Shown: in pieces, positions 1-11,829 of the stretch
How positions within the stretch are numbered: position 1 is the first letter of the stretch
Layout: every line of letters begins with the position of its first letter
Assembly (NCBI GenBank): GCA_040437565.1
Contig: JBDOQK010000053.1
Span: forward strand, 124,001-188,000
Length of the DNA: 64,000 nucleotides
From: Albugo candida
Taxonomy: Eukaryota
Reading direction: 5' to 3'
The notes under the pieces: generated by a model
The model's input: only the letters and a program-made list of their open reading frames with translations
The model's database searches: none
What the model was told of the DNA's origin: nothing
Position numbers and translations under genes: made by a program

Positions 1-650
1 AGTGCCGAAAACGAAGTGCCATCCTGCAGTTCCACATCCAGAACTTCAAACAGCGCGTTGGATTCGTTCTCATCAGCATCGGCTTTTGTTTTGAACGACA
101 CAATTGCTGTCTTCCCACTAAATTAAGATATCAACATCTGTACGAGAATCGATCTGAATCAGCTTACTCGTCTCCAACGACGCGGAACGCAGAAGTGCCG
201 TCATTGGGATCCTGAGACTCCACCTAATTGATCATGAGCGTCATGCAAGTCTCCTATCAGCTCAAACGCACGTACCCTCTCGAATTTGCGCGGATACCCA
301 ACAGCTTCAAAAAAGCGCGGATCCTTCACTACCGCACGTTTCGCGTAGTTGAGAGATCGACTCATCTACAATTGCAATGAATATACAAAAGAACATTTTC
401 ACTGATGAGGCACTACCTCTGGATCAAAATCTTTGTCCCCTTTGAAATGAGCAATGAGAGCCATGCCACTTAGCGCGGCAACCACGTATCCAATGATTAT
501 CTGCGTCGAAGCCGGCTTCTTCTTGATGTCATAAATCTTATCTTTGGCTATCAATAGGGTAGAAAAGCTATGTCTGGTGCGCGTATTCGGCACGAAACGA
601 AGTCGCTGTACTCGTGGAATCGCATTGGTGACAAGACGAGAGTACCACAT
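1..650 (-). CDS. Partial spliced gene for a probable mitochondrial single-pass membrane protein (Coa1/Tim21-like architecture); runs off the window
   Basis: ATG at 650 gives an Arg-rich presequence-like N-terminus (MWYSRLVTNAIPRVQRLRF) and one hydrophobic segment (IIIGYVVAALSGMALIAHF). Short GT..AG introns lead into further exons (MSRSLNYAKRAVVKDPRFFEAVG). The family assignment is a guess. Confidence 0.5.
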
Positions 651-1131
651 CAATCCGATTAAATCCGAATTATGACTGGATATGAAAACGCCATTTATAT
701 TTTTTCCCACACTTAAAGTCAAGAATCCGTTCGTTCACTATAAATCGATTCTGTTACGAGCGTGGAATAGTAATGATTCAATGAGGTGTTGTGCTCGTTC
801 TGAGTATGATACGCATTATCAGAAGCTGATGAGAGTGGAAGTAAAGCGCATTAGACCCTGCTTCCTAGATCAGTCTTCTTACATTCGTCCAAGTGTATTA
901 GCGCACAAATACTGAGATGCAATGCAAGTTTCACTTGACATCATTGTTATCTTATCAACGTGCAAATAAAAACGCGAGTCCTGAAAGCACACGTTTCCTT
1001 CCTTCGATGAAGAAATGTGCCGTCAATTGGGCTCACACCATCCAAATAATTCATCTATTAATATCCTTCCACTACGAATATTCTGACAAATTTCATCAAA
1101 AAACAAATTTTTATTACGCACATTAATGCAA

Positions 1132-2550
1132 TCAAACGTGATGATGTCCATCATTACTATTGAGTATGTTGGCCACATGTTGCTGATTGGTGTGGTTTAC
1201 GTCACTTCCATGAACCGCCACTCCATCGGTCCCCTTTTGCGACCCAATTGAGGTGTTTGCCAGCGGATAATTGTACATTAGCGAATAATTGGCTGGAGCG
1301 ATGGCCGCAAGTTTGGCTCGGGGAATTACTTCACCGGGTCGTGGTCGGGTACGAGGTCTACCACGAGGACGACCTGTTCCTCGGACTTTCTTCTTGGACC
1401 CTGATTTACCGCTAGCAGCTCCGTTACTCTGCACGGGGACTCCGGAAGCACCAAAGGAAGCCATCAATTCTGCAGAAGATAGTGGTGAAGGCTGGTCATT
1501 TCCACATGTTTGGTCGTTGCTACCAGTGGAGCTATGTCCCTGTAAGCCAAAGGATTGGCCAAAATTTGTCATGAAAGACATTCCAAGTCCTAAAGCTGAT
1601 TTATGACCAATCGTATCGGGCTCATGCTTAACAACGCTGTGAAGTGATAAATCGTGCTTCGATGGGCGTCCGCGTTTACGTCTTGGTGCTTCCTCATGGG
1701 AGCATGACATTGATAGATTTGTACCCAGCGAGGCGAAAGCGTCATTGGTGTTCCCAATAGACGAAAGGCCCAACGCATCCGTGTTAACATTTTCCGCCCT
1801 ATACTGTCCGTTCATCGACTGAGCAGCCAGAGCCATCGCTTGACTTGCGTGAATTGACTGTATGTTACTTCCATCGACTGAACTTTTCTCCGTGTCATGA
1901 TCTAGTGACTTAAATGAATTTGGATCATCATTATGTTCTTCTTGTTCATTGGATGTAATTGCCTGTCCCGACGCATTTGATTGGGTCATCCAAGGCATCA
2001 CTGTCCCCATTGGGAACATCATCATCCCCAAAGCCATTTGCTGAGCCATTGACGCCATATTCGCTAATTCACTCGGACTTAGATTTTGTATTTGCTGTTG
2101 TTGTAATTGCATGAATTGCTGTTGTAATTGCCCAGAGTTCGCGCCACTCAAATCAAGCATTGCATTCCCATTAGAAGTTGAAATGGATGCTGACGCTCCA
2201 TTAAGACTCAGATCATCGGCATCATTCGCAGTACTTAGAGTTGATGATGTGGTACACGTACTTTGAGTGGCGGATATGGAATTTAGGATCGTGGGCGCGA
2301 AAATAAGTGGGAACGAAGTGTTGGCTATAGATGTCGCATGAGCATTTATTGCATTGGAATCAACCATTGAATCCGAGACATGGTGTGCGGTACTTTCCAA
2401 CGATTTTGTAGTTTGGTGATTTGCTTCATGAGATGAAGATTTTTGAAATTCGGACTGATCATTTTCATCACGAGAATTCGACACTTTTGTATGTTTGGAA
2501 TCTGTTGGTTGTGGAGCAAAGTGGCGACGCTTTTCGGAATGATTGGGCAT
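1132..2550 (-). CDS. AT-hook-containing low-complexity nuclear protein
   Basis: 472-aa ORF with RRKRGRPSK and GTGRPRGRPRTRPRP AT-hook motifs and a Q/M-rich tract. Confidence 0.75.
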   Translation of the reverse strand: MPNHSEKRRHFAPQPTDSKHTKVSNSRDENDQSEFQKSSSHEANHQTTKSLESTAHHVSDSMVDSNAINAHATSIANTSFPLIFAPTILNSISATQSTCTTSSTLSTANDADDLSLNGASASISTSNGNAMLDLSGANSGQLQQQFMQLQQQQIQNLSPSELANMASMAQQMALGMMMFPMGTVMPWMTQSNASGQAITSNEQEEHNDDPNSFKSLDHDTEKSSVDGSNIQSIHASQAMALAAQSMNGQYRAENVNTDALGLSSIGNTNDAFASLGTNLSMSCSHEEAPRRKRGRPSKHDLSLHSVVKHEPDTIGHKSALGLGMSFMTNFGQSFGLQGHSSTGSNDQTCGNDQPSPLSSAELMASFGASGVPVQSNGAASGKSGSKKKVRGTGRPRGRPRTRPRPGEVIPRAKLAAIAPANYSLMYNYPLANTSIGSQKGTDGVAVHGSDVNHTNQQHVANILNSNDGHHHV

Positions 2551-2895
2551 TTTTGAGGCGAATTCCCTAGGCTTTCGAGTCGATTTATAGCTAATCGTTG
2601 CGCGTCGAGCTCAGTTTTTCTCCCTCTCAAAGAAGCGGATCAGAATGTAAGGAATCGTACTTTGCAAGCACCGTTTTTCAAAAGTACGAAGCCCACTTTC
2701 TACAAAGTACGGTGGCAAGGACGAAAACGCACAGTCTATATCTACCAATAAACAAACTCCACGCTGACAATAATACGATAAATACTGTTTATCTATCTTG
2801 AAAAGTACGAATCCGGCTCACTACCGTGCTGTTCACAAAACGTACGAAAGCGCAGCACCAGCCAATTATTCCACTCAAACTCTTTATCTGCGGTA

Positions 2896-3317
2896 ATGCC
2901 TCTGTCCAAGGAACAACACGATGAGCTCTGCGTCTCGTACGCTTCATTGATTTTATTTGATGGCGAAGCTGAAATCACATCAGACGCTCTTATGAGTGTA
3001 ATCACCGCTTCAGGAAACGAAGTTGAGCCTTACTGGCCGACATTGTTTGCTGGTTTCTTGTCAAAAGAGGGAAGGATCATGGATTTGATCACTAGCGGAG
3101 GACCTTCAGCGGGAGGAGGTGGTGCAGCTGCCTCAGGCAACACTGCAGCAGGTGAAGAAGATGCTACTGCCGCTAAAGATGAACCAAAGGAAGAAGAAGC
3201 CGATATGGTACTTTATTACTTACGTCTTATTACAGTTCTATCACTCACTATTATCTCTTTGCATAGGATCTTGGAGGTGGAATGGATATGTTTGGTGGGG
3301 ACGATGATGACTACTAG
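2896..3317 (+). CDS. RPLP1: 60S acidic ribosomal protein P1
   Basis: ELCVSYASLIL...VEPYWPTLFAGFL followed by an Ala/Gly hinge. Removing intron 3208-3266 (GT..AG) gives the acidic C-terminus EEEADMDLGGGMDMFGGDDDDY*. Confidence 0.95.
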
Positions 3318-5695
3318 ATGGCTCTTGTACCTTTATAGCATCTTGATTTGCAGGCGTATACCTCTCATCATAATATAAAAAAAAGACTTTGGCTTCACCG
3401 AACACTATTACTATTTGTATCGATCCTTGAAGCTCATTGGACAAGTCGCTCAGTCACAGCCTCGGATTGAAAGTCACGTAGAGCCTATCCAATATCACCA
3501 TTTCTGTCACGTATCATATCCCGCCCTATTGACTTCTGTGCTGTTAAAACACCTGCCACTGTTTATTTTACCAATGTTTGTCAGGTGCAATGTATGGGCT
3601 CGTGAATGTGTCGGCCGTACGAATCACACGCAACCTGTTGTCATTTAATATCTATTCACCGGATCGACGGGATACTTGCTATCTTTCTCGGTCCATGCTT
3701 TCTACTCAATAAATCGTAAGGAAGCGGTGTCCTTATTTTACACAAAGAGTTACACAAATTCAGTCCGCGGACCAATTGGTCCAATATCGCTGAAACCTCA
3801 TGTATCGAACTTCAGCTCTCCGAGGGCTAGTGAAGTTTTAAGAATCGACCTAATCATATGTCATGCGTTACCAAATCTCTTCGACTACGTGAGCGTGCCG
3901 AAATAGTCATTGCACGGTGTCTGATTAGCGGTGCATGTAAGTTGCATTGATTGACGACCCTAAGCTATGTCTACACAATATTTTAGGGCAGGAAGACGCA
4001 CTAAATCGGACATTAGGCATTGACAGGATACTTTTTGTACATTTTAGCTTCTTCTAAAATAGAGATATTCTTAACTTGATTGGTTATTTCTATAACACGG
4101 CAAAATTGAAAAAGTCATACCAGATAACGTAAAGAATCTAATGATCAAGCACCTTCGTGCAACTATGCTATAAATCGGTTGTACTAACACGATGTAATCC
4201 CTTCTTTACAAGAAATCCTTCCCATTTCTCCGTCTTCGTTCACATCAAACGAGGTTCGGCTTCAATACAGCTCATCGTGGTGATGTACCGTTCCGTCTTT
4301 CGGTTGTTTAGAAGATGGAGATCAACGCCACCCCCTCGTTACCAGCCTTTGTTAAGTTACTTGTGGTTCAATGGGGGGTTGGATTCTTACGCGCATTTGT
4401 GCTATATTGAATAAACGAATTGGAGAAACGCATTGCGCTCGACAATTGTCTCCGTTAATTGTGTATCCACACTATTTACACAAACCATCACCCGTTTGAT
4501 GTATTGTACACAACATGGATCCATCGCGTTGATGAACTATTGCGATAGACACGTCTTTCACCATCACATCGGCGGACCATAGGAATCAACACGTCCAAAT
4601 ATCGTCAAAGAACAAAAAATGGCGTCAAATACAACACATCACAGAGTATGCGTGCGGCAAGCTTTTTATCGCATTCGTTGGCAATTATCAATTGGATCAA
4701 ATTAAACTACAATGTATAGAAACCAAAGCGAGAGTCGTGGTGGCAAGCACGGGTTAAGGTGTGGTTTATTAAGATTGGAGAATGGTTCTGGGATGTATCG
4801 ATCATCAAAGGTGCTGCTCTTATGGAGACTACGGATTAAATGCGACACTTTTTGATTTGGACGTACATGCAGTTACGTGAAGCAAAACCGCAACAGCACA
4901 TCACCATCATGTTTACGAACTCTACAATAACTACTATTTTGGCTGTTGTTCCCAGCTGAGTGTTACCCGCCCGGGTTCATGAGGCTTTTGGCAGCACAGC
5001 GTGTAATGGCAATCGCATTCGATGTACACTAATGGTACGGGTATTTTCAAAATGGATCTTTATGCTCTCGATCACATCTCCTAGGCTATAAGGCAGCTTT
5101 TTTACGTCTAGCAATATGAAACGTGTGCTGTTAGCCATTCAACCAGTCCAAGCAGTCAAGTATCCGCTTCGATCAAGACTGCTACCTTGTTGATAGGCAA
5201 GAGGAACCGACTCATCGTGTCTGGTACTGGTCCGATAAGGCTTTCCTGATGAAAAATCTCGAATATGCAAACTTTGATACAGAAATGCAATTAGACGTCA
5301 ACGATTGTAAATCAAGGATCAACACAGGATTTTGTCTTTATCACGAGACATGATCGCGATTTGTTATACAACATTGCAAAGAGAAAAGCGATTTATGGAA
5401 GCAAGAGCGATGAAGCAATCATTCTACGGATCTTTATATGGCCACCTATCTCACCTTTATGACTTCGAAACGCATTCGGATACTCTTCTCGGCATTCGTG
5501 TGAGTTGTGGCTAAGACGTCGTGTCCCTACATAGCTCCGAGAGGTAATTGTTTCTTTGCTTTGTATTTACATACCACTGAGAAATAATCTCAACTTTCAT
5601 TTGTTGCTCCAATTCTTATGAAAAACCCCAACCTATAGTAAATAATACATACGCGTATTCAAAGTCGAGCTTGCAATGTACATTGACCATAGTAC

Positions 5696-6835
5696 TTAGT
5701 CGGTTCTAGAAGGGTCTATGTATGTCTGATCACTTCTGCCATATTTCACATCAGAATCATTATCAAAATCCTCCTTCACATTCTCCTTGATAGATTCTGT
5801 GATGTCGACGGCCCATTCATTTTCGTTCACGCCAAAGGTTAAATTGAAAGCTCTCAGAAATGAGGAACCGAGTACCCATACATCCTTCCTTCCTGAACTC
5901 TCGAATAGAGGGATGCAAGTGTCTTCCTTTTTGAATATTGATTGACGGCCTTTGAATTTTACATCCAATTGCTGTGTCCTGTCGCCACCCCAGTGTATGG
6001 ATAAGTTGATGTATATATCGATCAGTCCAACCCCTCTATTCAACAAGAGTATATCCAAGCAATTGAACTCGTAGCGACCGCTATTCGAATTGAAAGTTAC
6101 TGGAATCTTTTCCAATTGAAATAAATATCCAATCCTTTGAAAAATATCGGGCGGAACTTGAGTGGCTTCGTTACCAAGCTGGAATCCTATCTTTTGATTA
6201 GTATAATGTTTCCCGACAAATTTGACTTTTTCTGGCTTGATAAAATTCCCCTTCTTCAAAGTAACACATGGTGCATTCAGCAATTGCCGTGAAACTCCAA
6301 GGTAGAGCCTTGGACCCTTATGCGTTATCCAGTCAACCGTGTAAATCCCGCGGTGTTGAAACATATAATCATGAGGGTTGACAGCGGGGAACGGGATATG
6401 GTAGAATCCTTTCCCTTTACACAACTTTACTAAGGCATTCCAAGTTATCCTCCAGCCGATGTGGTATTCATACCCCTCAACCGGAAGTGTCAAAACTGCT
6501 ATCGCTTCCTCGCCGTTTATTTTGAACTTCCGATTTCTTCGCTCAAAAGTTTGGAGTTCTTTCCAAGCCGAATCCGAAGGAGGAACTGAATCACTCGCAA
6601 TGACAAAAGTCAGAGTATAAATACGCGTTTCACAATCACCTTCGCATACGGGAGCTCCATCGTTCAAAAATTTTACATCAGGGAGTAGATCAAGCCTCAA
6701 TCCTCTATGGAATTTATCTGACCCAGCCGATACTGCATGGACCATATCCAAGTGAATTGCACGCACAAAAGGGACGTGTGTAAGGAAGACTCCTACCGCC
6801 GCAAGACCGATTGTTTTGAGAAAGCAGCATATCAT
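5696..6835 (-). CDS. Secreted pepsin-fold pseudo-protease (aspartic protease-like, no catalytic Asp motifs), paralog 1
   Basis: Intronless; likely ATG at 6835. Signal-peptide-like N-terminus (LKTIGLAAVGVFLTHVPFVRA|IH). A1-type motifs VPPDIF, GRYEFNC and TCIPLFE..WVLGSSFLRAF are present; no DTG/DSG anywhere. Confidence 0.8.
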   Translation of the reverse strand: MICCFLKTIGLAAVGVFLTHVPFVRAIHLDMVHAVSAGSDKFHRGLRLDLLPDVKFLNDGAPVCEGDCETRIYTLTFVIASDSVPPSDSAWKELQTFERRNRKFKINGEEAIAVLTLPVEGYEYHIGWRITWNALVKLCKGKGFYHIPFPAVNPHDYMFQHRGIYTVDWITHKGPRLYLGVSRQLLNAPCVTLKKGNFIKPEKVKFVGKHYTNQKIGFQLGNEATQVPPDIFQRIGYLFQLEKIPVTFNSNSGRYEFNCLDILLLNRGVGLIDIYINLSIHWGGDRTQQLDVKFKGRQSIFKKEDTCIPLFESSGRKDVWVLGSSFLRAFNLTFGVNENEWAVDITESIKENVKEDFDNDSDVKYGRSDQTYIDPSRTD

Positions 6836-6910
6836 CGTTTTTCTTGGTCGACTATAGAATACTGATAAAACGCCCAACACTAACTAATGGAAAGATAGAA
6901 TTGCATTACA

Positions 6911-6932
6911 GACTTGGCACGGTGTGGGACTC
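6911..6932 (-). promoter_or_regulatory. Conserved 22-bp upstream motif of the pseudo-protease family
   Basis: GAGTCCCACACCGTGCCAAGTC on the gene strand. Near-identical copies occur at 18472-18493, 34787-34808 and 42891-42912. Confidence 0.6.
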
Positions 6933-6974
6933 TTGAACAAGGATACAGTGTGTTCTTCATGTCTACGACAAAAA

Positions 6975-7370
6975 GTTACCTCAACCTGGATAAGTTTATA
7001 CGGTGGCAACTTTCGAAATTTGGAATTTGTATAGTACGCATAGACACGCACCTTTAGGGTCCCACGATTAACAACAAACGACTTGATTACGGAGCCTAAC
7101 CTCGTAAAGCTTATAAGCGGGCAACTTTCGTAAGTTAAAATTTGTATGTTACGCATAGACACGCAGTCTTAAGCTTACAGAATACAAAATAAACGACTTG
7201 ATTACTGGGAAACACCTCGGAACGCTTATGAGCTGGCAACCTTTATATTATATTACGGATAGACACGCAACTGCAGGGTTTTGGACTCACAGCAAATGAC
7301 TACATTTCTGTGCACCACCTTGGAAAGCTTATAGGATGGCAAGTTTTGCACTTAAGAATTCGTATTTTAC
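6975..7370. repeat. ~115-bp degenerate tandem array upstream of paralog 1 (about 3.5-4 units)
   Basis: The core acctcggaaagcttataagctGGCAACtttc recurs, with the GGCAA[C/G] anchor at 7005, 7120, 7235 and 7338. Confidence 0.9.
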
Positions 7371-7559
7371 ACCAACTGCTCAAGTGCACACTTCCAGGAG
7401 CCAAGTATGTCGAATCATATTCTTTTTATACCTATCACGCTGATTGATATATCTGGCAATTATTTGCGACGCTTATTAAGGATAACTGAGTATGAAGACT
7501 GCGAAGTTCGTTTGAACTTAGACTCGGTCGGGACAAACTAAAGCGCTGTACTCTCACGA

Positions 7560-8100
7560 TACAAAGCCGCAAAACGTTCATCCCCCGTGTTGAACTGAAT
7601 AGTTCACTGAAAACCACACTGAGGCTGTTTCTTCAGTTTTTCGGGTGATTTTACCTTTGCTTTTCCATGTAACCGATCAAGTTTCTGTTGTTTTTAAATT
7701 CATATCAAAATCTCGATCGTTCCCCGCATTCTCGCCAGTGACTTTTTCATTCACTGAGCTTACCAGTAAGGCGACATTTGATTCACTGTCAGTAGTTTTG
7801 GATGACCGCATGATTGTACGTTGCTCACGNNNNNNNNNNNNNNNNNNNNNNNNNNNNNNNNNNNNNNNNNNNNNNNNNNNNNNNNNNNNNNNNNNNNNNN
7901 NNNNNNNNNNNNNNNNNNNNNNNNNNNNNCAAGAGCCATAGTTTTATGTACCTTCCTTCCACCTCAATGCGTTCACGTTTCTTACATTCGTGTCACCTTT
8001 TGTATGTGTTGATGTGGTGCACGCGAACGGATTATAATCATGAGTACACATGGATGAGATCGTATATTGACTCGGACAAAGCTGGGTAGTACGATACGTT
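7560..8100 (-). pseudogene. ESF1: ESF1-like pseudogene, copy in cassette A (interrupted by gap)
   Basis: 7645-7829 aligns with 35480-35670 and 7930-8160 aligns with 37140-37373, i.e. both ends of the ESF1 relic in copy C. The diagnostic middle falls in the N-gap. Confidence 0.6.
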
Positions 8101-8261
8101 TACTTGTTATATAACAGCCACTTGAATAAATCTTAAGCAAAATAGGATTCCCGGCGGGCTTTTTTCTATATTTCATTAATATCCATGCACGGCATAACAG
8201 AGCGAACGTAACGAACTTCTGCGTCCTAAACCGCTATCAACTGTACTGTACAATATTATGA

Positions 8262-9312
8262 GGGAATTGCTATTTCCAGCCACCGCGTGACTTTTTGACC
8301 AATTAGATTACGGTGTTATTTCCACCCAAGTTTTTTTACTAGGGAATTGCTATTTCCACCACATCGTGAGTTTCTGACCAATCAAGTTACGGCTTTATTT
8401 CCAATCAACTCTTTAGTATAAGGCTAAAGTTTCACAGTCCTGCATGCCGATCGAAGGTATCAGAACTCATAGTTGCACATCTTTCTAGTATCCACTTCTA
8501 GATCAGCTAACTTCATCATGCTTTTCGTTGTACCGCGTCGTTCCCAAACAGTAAAGTACACATTTACGGATCGCCATCACATGTCGTCGATCTACTACAT
8601 CCTACGAAAAAGTCTTTAGAAGTTGAAAATACGTTCAGTCTGGTCTGAGAATTGGACTGATAACGACAGCGGACTTTTGCCGTATGTCATCAACACGAGA
8701 GAAAATTAAAATAACTTGTAAATACATTTGTAACTTGTTCACGCCGGTTTTGAAGCGCACAAACGCCCTCCGGCTGTACTGTTATGGGATGGGTCATCGT
8801 TTCCAGATGTTGCACGTAGCTGCTTTCAGTGGACTTGTCATCTTTATACCGCTATACCGCTTGTATGCATCGCCCGAATTCCGAAGTGCCCTGTGGTGCA
8901 ATCGAGTGCACGTTTGCGAAAGTTCTAGCAGAATCTTTGGACTGAAAAAAGGTACTCTACATTATCTCTTACGGATGCGACACGGATAGCGGATTTTCAA
9001 TACACCTGGTGTCAGGCCGTTCATGGCAGATTATATGCATCCAGGGTGGGTCTACCAATCAAAACTTCTGAGTNNNNNNNNNNNNNNNNNNNNNNNNNNN
9101 NNNNNNNNNNNNNNNNNNNNNNNNNNNNNNNNNNNNNNNNNNNNNNNNNNNNNNNNNNNNNNNNNNNNNNNNNTGGGTCTACCAATCAAAACTTCTGAGT
9201 GAAGTGCCCCTATCATAAAAAGGTGGGTGGAAATAGTAAAAAACTTGGGTGGAAATAACGCCGTAATCTGATTGGTCAAAAAGTCACGCGGTGGCTGGAA
9301 ATAGCAATTCCC
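8262..9312. mobile_element. Non-autonomous TIR DNA transposon, probably Merlin/IS1016-type
   Basis: ~80-bp inverted repeats starting GGGAATTGCTATTTCCAGCCACCGCGTGAC (8262 onward; reverse complement ends at 9312), flanked by a perfect 8-bp TSD TATTATGA (8254-8261 and 9313-9320). Contains an N-gap; no transposase recognised. Confidence 0.8.
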
Positions 9313-9330
9313 TATTATGAATGCGGCGCA

Positions 9331-10210
9331 ATGGCCATACCGTTTGCTCTTCTTGCAGCTTCAACGGATTGTGATAAAGTACGTTTCATACATCCTAGCA
9401 ATCAGATTTTGTAGACACCTTTTCCTTCAGCGAATGAATGCTGGCCTTATTGTAAAGCTCGTCTGAAATTTATAATAATATTTCCATTCGGAAACAAGTT
9501 CCAGTGCCACAACATCGCCATCTTCTCAATGGAAAGAGAACGTCACCTACACACTACAATGGGAGATTTGTTTCAAACGTTTCAGAGGGGACCCATACAC
9601 TTGAGATTCCCTCCGCAAAATATTATTTCAGTCAGTTACCTAACAAATTACTGCACACATATGCGAATATAACGAGTCAATGCACTGTGGTTTACGATCA
9701 ATATGTCGCCAGATGGCAGAGTTCAAGCCTTCGAGACCAAATATCCAGGTTTACTCACATACTTGCAAAAATAACTGACGAATACCGTAACGTACCGCTT
9801 CTACGTAGGCGCTCCATCGGTGCCCATTGAGTACCCGATAGAAACTCAACCACTCACAGAGATTGACTACTTTGAGATGCGTTTCCGTTTTTCTCAAGCA
9901 CCGCACTCACGCTACACTCTGACCAGAATCGAGAAAGTTTGAATATACTTCGTATGATCATGAATCCATCTTTCCTTACTGTTATATTACCGATCGCTTC
10001 AATGTATCTCCTTCCAAAACTATCCAAAAGCATGATGGGTGGGCAAATTGAATTCTTTTCGGTGTGGATCCCGAGGAATTGGAAAAAGGGCAGGAAGAAA
10101 TGGCAGGACAGAATCCCCAAGCACTATTCCAGGGATTCTTTGGCGGAGGTCAAGCCATTGTCGAAGATAGCGATGAGGAAGAAAATGCGGATCTTCCGAA
10201 TATACATTGA
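9331..10210 (+). pseudogene. EMC7: ER membrane protein complex subunit 7-like gene, probably pseudogenised
   Basis: Pieces translate to LNGKRTSPTHYNGRFVSNVSEGTHTLEIPSAKYYFSQ, PIEYPIETQPLTEIDYFE, NRESLNILRMIMNPSFLTVILPIASMYLLPKLSKSMM and DPEELEKGQEEM, matching the EMC7 layout. Two expected splice sites are non-canonical (gag|atgcgt donor; gtgtgg|atccc acceptor). Confidence 0.7.
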
Positions 10211-11829
10211 CCATTGGTAGTTTTGTCGTTTCTAAGGTATTCGGCTAGAATACTTTTGCTTTCTTCCTTGAGAATTACGTCAAAACTTTATCAATTTCGT
10301 AACGTATCACTAGCGACAATCATAATCTCCAACTCACATGCTTCATCGCTTTCTATCTCGGCTTAGACCAGAATCGTAACATAGAAGGTCTTTATCTACC
10401 ACAAGAAATGCAAGCTCGAGGTTTTTGTATCGTAATTTTACCGAAATGTTGTTATTTACAAGTTGTTTCTCGGGACATTCAAGGGCATTTAGGTATACTG
10501 GACAGAACATTTCGAAAACGATCGCGAGGATGTATCTCTTCTTTATATGGACGGACCTGATAATTCCAGTGACGACAAAGACCTTGAAGATGCACATGAG
10601 GTCAATATTTGCGTATATTCCAAATGACCACACGGGACCGCATCGACGCTTCTATGTCTCTGACTCAGATAGAAAATTCTCGAATGATTTATCTAGCCAC
10701 TACGGTCGTCAGGTTTCGACTTTTTTTTATTTGCCAATTCCACATATTGACGGAGATTGACGGGAGCCATGAGCCTAATTGAAGGTGTTTGTATACCAGA
10801 AAATACTACTAACTACCTTCTCCATATGCCTTAACTATCTTAGCCTAGTCTACAAGCCTAGTCAGAAAAGGATGATGATATGATACCCAGCATTTATATC
10901 GTACACAATCGATCAGCAATCAAAGCATCCGAAATGAAACTCGTGCGGATTGAACCGGGTGAAATTCGGAGGATCGTGCATAACACGCTACAGATTTTTT
11001 GTTTTTGGGTACGTTTGAGTACGCGTTCTTGTTGACAATGACGCCGAGTTGCTCGTCCGTAATAATGAAACTTTGAATTGATTGAGTCGTCATTGCAAGT
11101 ATCAAACATAATAACAGTAGTTATCGGACAATTTCTGTAAAGATTCCTGGTGCGTCGAATCTCCTCTGCCCATAGTATATTACCAGCGGGTCGGAATGGA
11201 ACCTACAACAAAGAAAGCATCTGTCGACTATTCAGAGAAAAGGGCGAAAGTATCTTCATGAAGCGATGAGGGTCTTGAGATCGGGCTGTTATAAATCGCT
11301 TACCGAGTCGGTTGTCGTAAAGATAGATTCACGCTAAATCCTATACTAAAACCAGCGTGTTTGGTTGGCCTCGTGTAAATGTTATTAGTGTCAGTCTTTG
11401 CGTGGGTCAGGAGTCTATTGACGATGATATAGACGTGCCGCATTTTTGATTCCGTTCCCGCTTCATTCTGGTGTTGCTTTAAGCGCTCTTGTGGTGGATA
11501 ATGGCGGTTGAATGGAAACCGATCGGATATGTAACGTAGTCTAATCCGGAGACCACCACAACAAGACAAGGCATCGGAAAAAGAGGTGACAGAAAAAGAA
11601 CCGGTGCCGCATCGCGACCCAAAACTAAAAAAGAAGAAGACAAGCCAAGGACGGACGTGGCCTCGAGATGAGCATCGTACCCATTCGAAGGCAAGAAAGG
11701 AAGATGCGGAACGGAAGCATCAGTACAACATGGAACATAGTGCGAGGAAGGAGTTTGACGTAGTACAGCGTGCGTAAAGAAGATCCCAAAAGCTACGGAC
11801 ATGATATGCGTAGCAGTCGGAGCATATCG

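Larger units (their letters stand above)
3880..8160. repeat. Segmental-duplication cassette, copy A
   Basis: Shares colinear blocks with copies B, C and D, e.g. gcggtgcat..gttgcatt..ccta/cagc.atgtc at ~3930, ~14980 and ~31725. Upstream 6935-7830 aligns with 34810-35670. Boundaries are approximate. Confidence 0.85.

Noticed and set aside
1289-1606. Antisense and alternate-frame short ORFs overlapping real genes throughout the window
   Set aside because: Shadow ORFs of the true coding strand with no independent support.
6695-6706. RGLR (RXLR-like) motif shortly after the signal peptide of paralog 1
   Set aside because: Not conserved in the paralogs (RGFK, RGLE, RSML) and no dEER follows; probably chance.
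6975-7370. 115-bp array as a CRISPR array or 5S rRNA repeats
   Set aside because: Eukaryotic context, whole units are homologous with no unique spacers, no cas genes, and no recognisable 5S sequence.
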